Shown: positions 15,001 through 26,710 of the stretch, one piece after another | Numbering within the stretch: the first letter of the stretch is position 1 | Layout of the letters: every line of letters begins with the position of its first letter | Origin: Eledone cirrhosa | Taxonomy: Eukaryota | Assembly (NCBI GenBank): GCA_964016885.1 | Contig: OZ024741.1 | Coordinates: forward strand, 16,058,001-16,122,000 | Reading direction: 5' to 3' | DNA: 64,000 bases | The notes under the pieces: model-generated | What the model saw: the letters and a program-made list of their open reading frames with translations, nothing else | The model's database searches: none | What the model was told of the DNA's origin: nothing | Program-made: the position numbers and the translations under genes

Positions 15001-18000
15001 CAGGGATAGACTGTTGGTGTCGTCAGGGATAGACTGTTGGTGTCGTCAGGTATAGACTGTTGGTGTCGTCAGGGATAGACTGTTGGTGTCGTCAGGGATA
15101 AACTGTTGGTGTCGTCAAGGATAAACTGTTGGTGTCGTCAGGGATAAACTGTTGGAGTCGTCAGGGATAGCCTGTTGGTGTCGTCAGGGATAGACTGTTG
15201 GTGTCGTCAGGGATAGACTGTTGGTGTCGTCAAGGATAAACTGTTGGTGTCGTCAGGGATAAACTGTTGGAGTCGTCAGGGATAGCCTGTTGGTGTCGTC
15301 AGGGATAGACTGTTGGTGTCGTCAGGGATAGACTGTTGGTGTCGTCAAGGATAGACTGTTGGTATCGTCAGGGATAGACTGTTGGTGTCGTCAGGGAGAG
15401 ACTGTTGGTGTCGTCAGGGATAGACTGTTGGTATCGTCAGGGATAGACTGATGGTGTCGTCAGGGATAGCCTGTGGGTGTCGTCAAGGATAGACTGTTGG
15501 TGTCGTCAGGGATAGACTGTTGCTGTCGTCAGGGATAAACTGTTGGTGTCGTCAGGGATAGACTGTTAGTGTCATCAGGGAGAGACTGTTGGTGTCGTCA
15601 GGGATAGACTGTTGCTGTCGTCAGGGATAAACTGTTGGTGACGTCAGGGATAGACTGTTGGTGTCATCAGGGATAGACTGTTGCTGTCGTCAGGGATAAA
15701 CTGTTGGTGTCGTCAGGGATAGACTGTTGGTGTCATCAGGGATAGACTGTTGGTGTCGTCAGGGATAGACTGTTGGTGTCGTCAGGGATAGACTGTTGGT
15801 GTCGTCAGGGATAAACTGTTGGTGTCGTCAGGGATAGACTGTTGGTGTCGTCAGGGATAGACCCTTTGCTGTCGTCAGGGATAGACTGTTGGTGTCGTCA
15901 CGGATAAACTGTTGGTGTCGTCAGGGATAGACTGTTGGTGTCGTCAGGGATAGACTGTTGGTGTCGTCAGCGATAGACTGTTGGTGTCGTCAGGGATAGA
16001 TTGTTGGTGTCGTCAGGAATAGACTGTTGGTATCGTCAGGGATAGACTGTTGGTGTCGTCAGGGATAGACTGTTGGTGTCGTCAGGGATAGACTGTTGGT
16101 GTCGTCAGAGATAGATTGTTGGTGTCGTCAGAGATAGATTGTTGGTGTCGTCAGGGATAGACTGTTGGTGTCGTCTGGGATAGACTGTTGGTGTCGTCAG
16201 GGATAGACTGTTGGTGTCGTCAGGGATAGACTGTTGGTGTCGTCAGGGATAGACTGTTGGTGTCGTCAGGGATAGACTGTTGGTGTCGTCTGGGATAGAC
16301 TGTTGGTGTCGTCAGGGATAGACTGTTGGTGTCGTCAGGTATAAACTGTTGCTGTCGTCAGGGATAGACTGTTGGTGTCGTCAGGGATAGATTGTTGGTG
16401 TCGTCAGAGATAGCCTGTTGGTGTCGTCGGGGATAGACTGTTGGTGTCGTCAGGGATAGACTGTTGGTGTCGTCAGGGATAGACTGTTGGTGTCGTCAGG
16501 TATAAACTGTTGCTGTCGTCAGGGATAGACTGTTGGTGTCGTCAGGGATAGATTGTTGGTGTCGTCAGAGATAGACTGTTGGTGTCGTCAGGGATAGATT
16601 GTTGGTGTCGTCAGAGATAGACTGTTGGTGTCGTAAGGGATAGACTGTTGGTGTCGTCACGTATAAACTGTTGGTGTCGTGAGGGATAGACTGTTGGTGT
16701 CGTCAGGGATAGACTGTTGGTGTCGTCAGGGATAGACTGTTGGTGTTGTCAGGGATAGACTGTTGGTGTCGTCAGGTATAAACTGTTGGTGTCGTCAGGG
16801 ATAGATTGTTGGTGTCGTCAGAGATAGACTGTTGGTGTCGTCAGGGATAGACTGTTGGTGTCGTCACGGATAAACTGTTGGTGTCGTAAGGGATAGACTG
16901 TTGGTGTCGTCACGGATAAACTGTTGGTGTCGTCAGGGATAGACTGTTGGTGTCGTCAGGGATAGACTGTTGGTGTCGTCAGCGATAGACTGTTGGTGTC
17001 GTCAGGGATAGACTGTTGGTGTCGTCAGTGATAGACTGTTGGTGTCGTCAGGGAGAGACTGTTGGTGTCGTCAGTGATAGACTGTTGGTGTCGTCAGCGA
17101 TAGACTGTTGGTGTCGTCAGGTTTAGACTGTTGGTGTCGTCAGTGATAGACTGTTGGTGTCGTCAGCGATAGACTGTTGGTGTCGTCAGCGATAGACTGT
17201 TGGTGTCGTCAGTGATAGACTGTTGGTGTCGTCAGGGAGAGACTGTTGGTGTCGTCAGGGATAGATTGTTGGTGTCGTCAGGAATAGACTGTTGGTATCG
17301 TCAGGGATAGACTGTTGGTGTCGTCAGGGATAAACTGTTGGTGTCGTCAGGGATAGACTGTTGGTGTCGTCAGGGATAGACTGTTGGTGTCGTCAGGGAT
17401 AGACTGTTGGTGTCGTCAGGTATAAACTGTTGCTGTCGTCAGGGATAGACTGTTGGTATCGTCAGGGATAGACTGTTGGTGTCGTCAGGGATAGACTGTT
17501 GGTGTCGTCAGGGATAGAATGTTGGTGTCGTCAGGGAGAGACTGTTGGTGTCGTCAAGGATAGACTGTTGGTGTCGTCAGGTATAAACTGTTGCTGTTGT
17601 CAGGGATAGACTGTTGGTATCGTCAGGGATAAACTGTTGGTGTCGTCAGGGCTAGATTGTTGCTGTCGTCAGGGATAGACTGTTGGTGTCGTCAGCGATA
17701 AACTGTTGGTGTCGTCAGGGATAGCCTGTTGGTGTCGTCAAGGATAGACTGTTGGTGTCGTCAGGGATAGACTGTTGGTGTCGTCAGGGATAGACTGTTG
17801 GTGTCGTCAGAGATAGACTGTTGGTGTCGTCAAGGATAAACTGTTGGTGTCGTCAGGGATAGACTGTTGGTGTCGTCAGGGATAGACTGTTGGTGTCGTC
17901 AGGGATAGACTGTTGGTGTCGTCAGGGATAGACTGTTGGTGTCGTCAGGGATAGACTGTTGGTGTCGTCAGGGATAGACTGTTGGTGTCGTCAGGGATAG

Positions 18001-21000
18001 ACTGTTGGTGTCGTCAGAGATAGACTGTTGGTGTCGTCAAGGATAAACTGTTGGTGTCGTCAGGGATAGACTGTTGGTGTCGTCAGGGATAGACTGTTGG
18101 TGTCGTCAGGGATAGACTGTTGGTGTCGTCAGGGATAGACTGTTGGTGTCGTCAGGTATAGACTGTTGGTGTCGTCAGGGATAGACTGTTGGTGTCGTCA
18201 GGGATAAACTGTTGGTGTCGTCAAGGATAAACTGTTGGTGTCGTCAGGGATAAACTGTTGGAGTCGTCAGGGATAGCCTGTTGGTGTCGTCAGGGATAGA
18301 CTGTTGGTGTCGTCAGGGATAGACTGTTGGTGTCGTCAAGGATAAACTGTTGGTGTCGTCAGGGATAAACTGTTGGAGTCCTCAGGGATAGCCTGTTGGT
18401 GTCGTCAGGGATAGACTGTTGGTGTCGTCAGGGATAGACTGTTGGTGTCGTCAAGGATAGACTGTTGGTATCGTCAGGGATAGACTGTTGGTGTCGTCAG
18501 GGAGAGACTGTTAGTGTCGTCAGGGATAGACTGTTGGTATCGTCAGGGATAGACTGATGGTGTCGTCAGGGATAGCCTGTGGGTGTCGTCAAGGATAGAC
18601 TGTTGGTGTCGTCAGGGATAGACTGTTGCTGTCGTCAGGGATAAACTGTTGGTGTCGTCAGGGATAGACTGTTAGTGTCATCAGGGAGAGACTGTTGGTG
18701 TCGTCAGGGATAGACTGTTGCTGTCGTCAGGGATAAACTGTTGGTGACGTCAGGGATAGACTGTTGGTGTCATCAGGGATAGACTGTTGCTGTCGTCAGG
18801 GATAAACTGTTGGTGTCGTCAGGGATAGACTGTTGGTGTCATCAGGGATAGACTGTTGGTGTCGTCAGGGATAGACTGTTGGTGTCGTCAGGGATAGACT
18901 GTTGGTGTCGTCAGGGATAAACTGTTGGTGTCGTCAGGGATAGACTGTTGGTGTCGTCAGGGATAGACCCTTTGCTGTCGTCAGGGATAGACTGTTGGTG
19001 TCGTCAGGGATAAACTGTTGGTGTCGTCAGGGATAGACTGTTAGTGTCATCAGGGAGAGACTGTTGGTGTCGTCAGGGATAGACTGTTGGTGTCGTCAGG
19101 GATAGACTGTTGGTGTCGTCAGGGATAGACTGTTGGTATCGTCAGGGATAGACTGTTACTGTCGTCAGGGATAGACTGTTGGTGTCGTCAGGGATAGACT
19201 GTTGGTGTCGTCAGGGATAGATTGTTGGTGTCGTCAGAGATAGACTGTTACTGTCGTCAGGGATAGACTGTTGGTGTCGTCAGGGATAGACTGTTGGTGT
19301 CGTCAGGGATAGACTGTTTCTGTCGTCAGGGATAGACTGTTACTGTCGTCAGGGATAGACTGTTGGTGTCGTCAGGGATAGACTGTTGGTGTCGTCAGGG
19401 ATAGACTGTTGGTGTCGTCAGGGATAGACTGTTGGTGTCGTCAGGGATAGACTGTTGGTGTCGTAAGGGATAGACTGTTGGTGTCGTCAGGGATAGACTG
19501 TTGGTGTCGTAAGGGATAGACTGTTGGTGTCATCAGGGATAAACTGTTGGTTTCGTCAGGGATAGATTGTTGGTGTCATCAGGGATAGACTGTTGGTGTC
19601 GTCAGGGATAGACTGTTGGTGTCATCAGGGATAGATTGTTGGTGTCATCAGGGATAGACTGTTGGTGTCGTCAGGGATAGACTGTTGGTGTCGTCAGGGA
19701 TAGACTGTTACTGTCGTCAGGGATAGACTGTTGGTGTCGTCAGGGATAAACTGTTGGTTTCGTCAGGGATAGATTGTTGGTGTCCTCTAGGATAGACTGT
19801 TGGTGTCGTCACGGATAAACTGTTGGTGTCGTAAGGGATAAACTGTTGGTGTCGTCAGGGATAGACTGTTGGTGTCGTAAGGGATAGACTGTTGGTGTCG
19901 TCACGGATAAACTGTTGGTGTCGTCAGGGATAGACTGTTGGTGTCGTCAGGGATAAACTGTTGGTGTCGTCAGGGATAGATTGTTGGTCTCGTCAGAGAT
20001 AGACTGTTGGTGTCGTCAGGGATAGACTGTTGGTGTCGTCAGGGATAGACTGTTGGTGTCGTCAGGGATAGACTGTTGGTGTCGTCACTGATAAACTGTT
20101 GGTGTCGTAAGGGATAGACTGTTGGTGTCGTCACGGATAAACTGTTGGTGTCGTCAGGGATAGACTGTTGGTGTCGTCAGGGATAGACTGTTGGTGTCGT
20201 CAGGGATAGACTGTTGGAGTCGTCAGGGATAGACTGTTGGTGTCGTCAGGGATAGACTGTTGGTGTCGTCAGGGATAGACTGTTGGTGTCGTCAGGGATA
20301 GACTGTTGGTGTCGTCAGGGATAGACTGTTGGAGTCGTCAGGGATAGACTGTTGGTGTCGTCACGGATAAACTGTTGGTGTCGTCAGGGATAGACTGTTG
20401 GTGTCGTCAGGGATAGACTGTTGGAGTCGTCAGGGATAGACTGTTGGTGTCGTCAAGGATAAACTGTTGGTGTCGTCAGGGATAAACTGTTGGAGTCGTC
20501 AGGGATAGCCTGTTGGTGTCGTCAGGGATAGACTGTTGGTGTCGTCAGGGATAGACTGTTGGTGTCGTCAAGGATAAACTGTTGGTGTCGTCAGGGATAA
20601 ACTGTTGGAGTCGTCAGGGATAGCCTGTTGGTGTCGTCAGGGATAGACTGTTGGTGTCGTCAGGGATAGACTGTTGGTGTCGTCAAGGATAGACTGTTGG
20701 TATCGTCAGGGATAGACTGTTGGTGTCGTCAGGGAGAGACTGTTGGTGTCGTCAGGGATAGACTGTTGGTATCGTCAGGGATAGACTGATGGTGTCGTCA
20801 GGGATAGCCTGTGGGTGTCGTCAAGGATAGACTGTTGGTGTCGTCAGGGATAGACTGTTGCTGTCGTCAGGGATAAACTGTTGGTGTCGTCAGGGATAGA
20901 CTGTTAGTGTCATCAGGGAGAGACTGTTGGTGTCGTCAGGGATAGACTGTTGCTGTCGTCAGGGATAAACTGTTGGTGACGTCAGGGATAGACTGTTGGT

Positions 21001-24000
21001 GTCATCAGGGATAGACTGTTGCTGTCGTCAGGGATAAACTGTTGGTGTCGTCAGGGATAGACTGTTGGTGTCATCAGGGATAGACTGTTGGTGTCGTCAG
21101 GGATAGACTGTTGGTGTCGTCAGGGATAGACTGTTGGTGTCGTCAGGGATAAACTGTTGGTGTCGTCAGGGATAGACTGTTGGTGTCGTCAGGGATAGAC
21201 CCTTTGCTGTCGTCAGGGATAGACTGTTGGTGTCGTCAGGGATAAACTGTTGGTGTCGTCAGGGATAGACTGTTAGTGTCATCAGGGAAAGACTGTTGGT
21301 GTCGTCAGGGATAGACTGTTGGTGTCGTCAGGGATAGACTGTTGGTGTCGTCAGGGATAGACTGTTGGTATCGTCAGGGATAGACTGTTACTGTCGTCAG
21401 GGATAGACTGTTGGTGTCGTCAGGGATAGACTGTTGGTGTCGTCAGGGATAGATTGTTGGTGTCGTCAGAGATAGACTGTTACTGTCGTCAGGGATAGAC
21501 TGTTGGTGTCGTCAGGGATAGACTGTTGGTGTCGTCAGGGATAGACTGTTACTGTCGTCAGGGATAGACTGTTACTGTCGTCAGGGATAGACTGTTGGTG
21601 TCGTCAGGGATAGACTGTTGGTGTCGTCAGGGATAGACTGTTGGTGTCGTCAGGGATAGACTGTTGGTGTCGTCAGGGATAGACTGTTGGTGTCGTAAGG
21701 GATAGACTGTTGGTGTCGTCAGGGATAGACTGTTGGTGTCGTAAGGGATAGACTGTTGGTGTCATCAGGGATAGATTGTTGGTGTCATCGGGGATAGACT
21801 GTTGGTGTCGTCAGGGATAGACTGTTACTGTCGTCAGGGATAGACTGTTGGTGTCGTCAGGGATAAACTGTTGGTTTCGTCAGGGATAGATTGTTGGTGT
21901 CGTCAGGGATAGACTGTTGGTGTCGTCACGGATAAACTGTTGGTGTCGTAAGGGATAAACTGTTGGTGTCGTCAGGGATAGACTGTTGGTGTCGTAAGGG
22001 ATAGACTGTTGGTGTCGTCACGGATAAACTGTTGGTGTCGTCAGGGATAGACTGTTGGTGTCGTCAGGGATAAACTGTTGGTGTCGTCAGGGATAGATTG
22101 TTGGTCTCGTCAGAGATAGACTGTTGGTGTCGTCAGGGATAGACTGTTGGTGTCGTCAGGGATAGACTGTTGGTGTCGTCAGGGATAGACTGTTGGTGTC
22201 GTCACTGATAAACTGTTGGTGTCGTAAGGGATAGACTGTTGGTGTCGTCACGGATAAACTGTTGGTGTCGTCAGGGATAGACTGTTGGTGTCGTCAGGGA
22301 TAGACTGTTGGTGTCGTCAGGGATAGACTGTTGGAGTCGTCAGGGATAGACTGTTGGTGTCGTCAGGGATAGACTGTTGGTGTCGTCAGGGATAGACTGT
22401 TGGTGTCGTCAGGGATAGACTGTTGGAGTCGTCAGGGATAGACTGTTGGTGTCGTCACGGATAAACTGTTGGTGTCGTCAGGGATAGACTGTTGGTGTCG
22501 TCAGGGATAGACTGTTGGAGTCGTCAGGGATAGACTGTTGGTGTCGTCGGGGATAGACTGTTGGTGTCGTCAGGGATAGACTGTTGGTGTCGTCAGGGAT
22601 AGACTGTTGGTGTCGTCAGGGATAGACTGTTGGAGTCGTCAGGGATAGACTGTTGGAGTCGTCAGGGATAGACTGTTGGAGTCGTCAGGGATAGACTGTT
22701 GGTGTCGTCAGGGATAGACTGTTGGTGTCGTCAGGGATAGACTGTTGGTGTCGTCAGGGATAGACTGTTGGTGTCGTCAGGGATAGACTGTTGGAGTCGT
22801 CAGGGATAGACTGTTGGTGTCGTCAGGGATAGACTGTTGGAGTCGTCAGGGATAGACTGTTGGAGTCGTCAGGGATAGACTGTTGGTGTCGTCAGGGATA
22901 GACTGTTGGTGTCGTCAGGTATAGACTGTTGGTGTCGTCTGGGATAGACTGTTGGTATCGTCAGGGATAAACTGTTGGTGTCGTCAGGGATAGACTGTTG
23001 CTGTCGTCAGGGATAGACTGTTGGACTCGTCAGGGATAGACTGTTGGTGTCGTCAGGGATAGACTGTTGGTGTCGTCAGGGATAGACTGTTGGTGTCGTC
23101 AGGGATAGACTGTTGGTGTCGTCAGGGATAGACTGTTGGTGTCGTCAGGGATAGACTGTTGGTGTCGTCAGGGATAGACTTTTGGTGTCGTCAGGGATAG
23201 ACTGTTGGTATCGGCAGGGATAAACTGTTGGTGTCGTCAGGGATAGACTGTTGCTGTCGTCAGGGATAGACTGTTGGACTCGTCAGGGATAGACTGTTGG
23301 TGTCGTCAGGGATAGACTGTTGGTGTCGTCAGGGATAGACTGTTGGTGTCGTCAGGGATAGACTGTTGGTGTCGTCAGGGATAGACTGTTGGTGTCGTCA
23401 GGGATAGACTGTTGGTGTCGTCAGGGATAGACTTTTGGTGTCGTCAGGGATAGACTGTTGGTGTCGTCAGGGATAGACTTTTGGTGTCGTCAGGGATAAA
23501 CTGTTGGTGTCGTCAGGGATAGACTGTTGGTGTCGTCAGGGATAGACTGTTGGTGTCGTCAGAGATAGACTGTTGGTGTCGTCAGGGATAGACTGTTGGT
23601 GTCGTCAGGGATAGACTGTTGGTGTCGTCAGGGATAGACTGTTGCTGTCGTCAGGGATAGACTGTTGGTGTCGTCAGGGATAGACTGTTGGTGTCGTCAG
23701 GGATAGACTGTTGCTGTCGTCAGGGATAGACTGTTGGTGTCGTCAGGGATAAACTGTTGGAGTCGTCAGGGATAGACTGTTGGTATCGTCAGGGATAGAC
23801 TGTTGGTGTCGTCAGGGATAGACTGTTGGTGTCGTCAGGGATAGACTGTTGGTGTCGTCAGGGATAGACTGTTGGTGTCGTCAGGGAGAGATTGTTGGTG
23901 TCGTCAAGGATAGACTGTTGGTGTCGTCAGGGAGAGACTGTTGGTGTCGTCAAGGATAGACTGTTGGTGTCGTCAGGGATAGACTGTTGGTGTCGTCAGG

Positions 24001-24300
24001 GATAAACTGTTGGTGTCGTCAGGGATAGACTGTTGGTGTCGTAAGGGATAGACTGTTGGTGTTGTCAGCGATAGACTGTTGTTGTCGTCAGGGATAGACT
24101 GTTGGTGTCGTCAGGGATAGACTGTTGGTGTCGTCAGGGATAAACTGTTGGTGTCGTCAGGGATAGACTGTTGGTGTCGTAAGGGATAGACTGTTGGTGT
24201 CGTCAGGGATAGATTGTTGGTGTCGTCAGGGATAGACTGTTGCTGTCGTCGGGGATAGACTGTTGGTGTCGTAAGGGATAGACTGTTGGTGTCGTCAGGG
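1..24300. repeat. 23-bp tandem satellite array, consensus CAGGGATAGACTGTTGGTGTCGT, about 1050 copies, open at the window start
   Basis: Unit read directly, with period 23 throughout. Recurrent variants (AAGGATAAA, CACGGATAAA, AGAGATAG, GGACTCGT, ACCCTTTGCT). No spacers and no ORFs in the track. Confidence 0.98.
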
Positions 24301-24444
24301 CTAGGCTGAGTTACCTCTTCACGAGGACTTTTATGTCGGTTATATTGGAGGGTTCCTTTCTAAACTGACATTCCAGGAGATTTACATGACTGAGATAAAT
24401 TGTTATTATCATTATTATTTTAATCATCACTAGCCTTGAGACTG

Positions 24445-24492
<48 letters not shown>
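24445..24492. repeat. (ATT)16 microsatellite, left boundary of the retrotransposon stack
   Basis: Directly visible. Confidence 0.95.
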
Positions 24493-24702
24493 GGCGACCT
24501 ACGTAGGAAATCGTATTATCGTGATCTCCGCAAAGGTTTGTTATTTCCGTTTGTTTAAAAATTGCCATTTATGGAAAATTTTATTGTAAACTGTTTATAA
24601 GCACACATACATTGTTTTCCGAAAAGGACACCCAAAAAAATTGGGGCCTTGTGCCCAACATTTTTAACTTTTATTATTATCCAAAAATTTCTTTGAAAAA
24701 AA

Positions 24703-26676
24703 ATGGCTAATTCCCCTCTGCACGAAGCAGCTGAAAGCCTTCCTCACAAAATAACACCTCACACCGACACCACCATTGTAAATGTTACTACGTTTGCCAA
24801 CACAAAAAAAAATATAAGCAGTAGCAATATTTTAAATTTGTCTCAGGCAGACATTCATTTCCCGCCATTACCAATGCCTGCAGGTGTTAAACCCTCCACC
24901 ACCACCACCACCACCACCACCACCACCGCGACAACAGAAACAAAAGAAGAAAAAAATAAATTAACTCGTGACGTCGAAATGAAATCAAGCAAAATGGACT
25001 CTTCCCCACCAAAGACGACTGACGTCACCACCACCACAACTGAAAATAAAATTAATATCAACGATAGCAACAACAACAACAATGACATTATAAAACCGAC
25101 CCTCAGTTTCGCCATCGTAGCAAAACAATTCGAAGCGTTCACGGTAACTCAAGAAGATTTAGAAAATGCCAAACAAATGGTAAAGAAAGATGGGTACAGG
25201 GTCAGCCTCACACCCCCCCCCCACCTAATAAAATGGAGCATCGGCGCCTGTGCACCGTGTCGTATAGAACAATAAATGTAAAATCGCGCCGAGTGGAACG
25301 GGCATCCGAGTCCCAAATCCAAAAAGCTTTGGGACATGTGTGGGCAAGAAAAACCCACATCAGACGTGGGCAAAAGTATGGAACCGTGGATGTGTTCTTT
25401 GAAACACCAGAGGAGGCTAGAGAACACTCCATGGCCCCATTAAAAAGTGACGACTTCACACTCGTCCCAAGCTATTGTGGCCAGAGACTCGTAAAGATCA
25501 GGGTGACCCACGTTCCACCGGCCATCGAAATTCCCTGGCTAATAGCGGCTGTCATCGCCGGCATCGAGACCAACACGAAAATAATAACAATAGCAAAAGA
25601 AAAGCAGGAAAACTGGTCCGGATCTGGGATGGAGCTCCTGATCCAAGCGGACCAAAAAAGCATTGAGGAGATCCCAGAGGTAATAGACCTCACTGACGGC
25701 AGCCACCTCACGGTAATTGTCGAGGGCAGAAGACCTAGGTGTGTCGTTTGTGGTGAAGGAACCCACCTAAGGGCTTTCTGCCCTCAGGCTAAAAGGTTGA
25801 GGCCACCTCTCCTACCCACCCCAGTGACACAACCATCAACACCACCAGTAGCAGAGATGCCAGCAACAACTGTAGCAGCAACAACAGAAGCAACTATAAC
25901 AGCAACAACCCCAGCAACAGTAGCAAAACCAACACCACTACCACCACCAGCAAAACCAACACCACCACCACCCAACGCTTCAGAACTAGCACCAGCGCCT
26001 ACACCATCCACCACACCACAACCAAAACTAACGGCTGTGGAGGATTTTCCACTCCCCGGCCTATCACAACTGGAGACAGATTGTGACGACGAGGAGTGGG
26101 AAACGATATCCGGAAAAAAAAAAAGAAACCAAAAAAGAAAAAATTCTCTTCCTTCCCCCTCCAAAAACAAAATACAGAGGGAAACAAATAAACTAAGAAA
26201 CAAAAAAGTTAGGACAGATATGCCACCATCCACACCAGCATCACCAACCCCATCAACCCAAACACCAACACCATCACCATCATTAACTCCAACACCACCA
26301 TCACCTACACCACAAAAGTCACCAAAATGCGAAACAGAAACAAACTCACAACAAATGCAAACAAAACAACCAAAACGATACACACTACACAGCATTAAAT
26401 TTGAACAACAAGCAATTATTGCACTACATCCAACACAACACCAGCATCACAGAAAAAGACTACACAACAACCTCAAAATTCACACCACCTCCACACATAC
26501 AAATCACTCGCATCACACAGAAAACGTACATGACACTAAAACAAAAATTCCCCAAAGACATCGGAGACTTCCGACAAGCACTCTCCAGGAGGATTTATAA
26601 GGACATCCTTCCTGAGGAGGCCACAAGCAGTGAAAAGGATGGAAAAACCGTCCTTCCCCTACGAGAAGTAAGGTAA
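24703..26676 (+). pseudogene. Tx1-like ORF1 (RRM-like region, CX2CX4HX4C knuckle, Pro/Thr-rich tail) with two frameshifts
   Basis: ORF pieces 24703-25275, 25233-26600 and 26401-26676 align in order to ORF1 of copy 2. Knuckle RPRCVVCGEGTHLRAFCP. The first shift is near the poly-C at ~25213-25222. Confidence 0.85.
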
Positions 26677-26710
26677 GTGGTCTTTCCCATCTTTTCCACT
26701 CCTTTTCAAC

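Noticed and set aside
1-24300. CRISPR array
   Set aside because: Repeats are contiguous with no unique spacers, there are no cas genes, and the context is eukaryotic
1-24300. Coding tandem repeat or true telomere
   Set aside because: The 23-bp period cycles stop codons through all frames on both strands, and the unit is not (TTAGGG)n
25205-25235. Programmed frameshift in ORF1
   Set aside because: Shifts fall at different homopolymers in different copies and copy 2 is open, so they are more likely mutation or sequencing error
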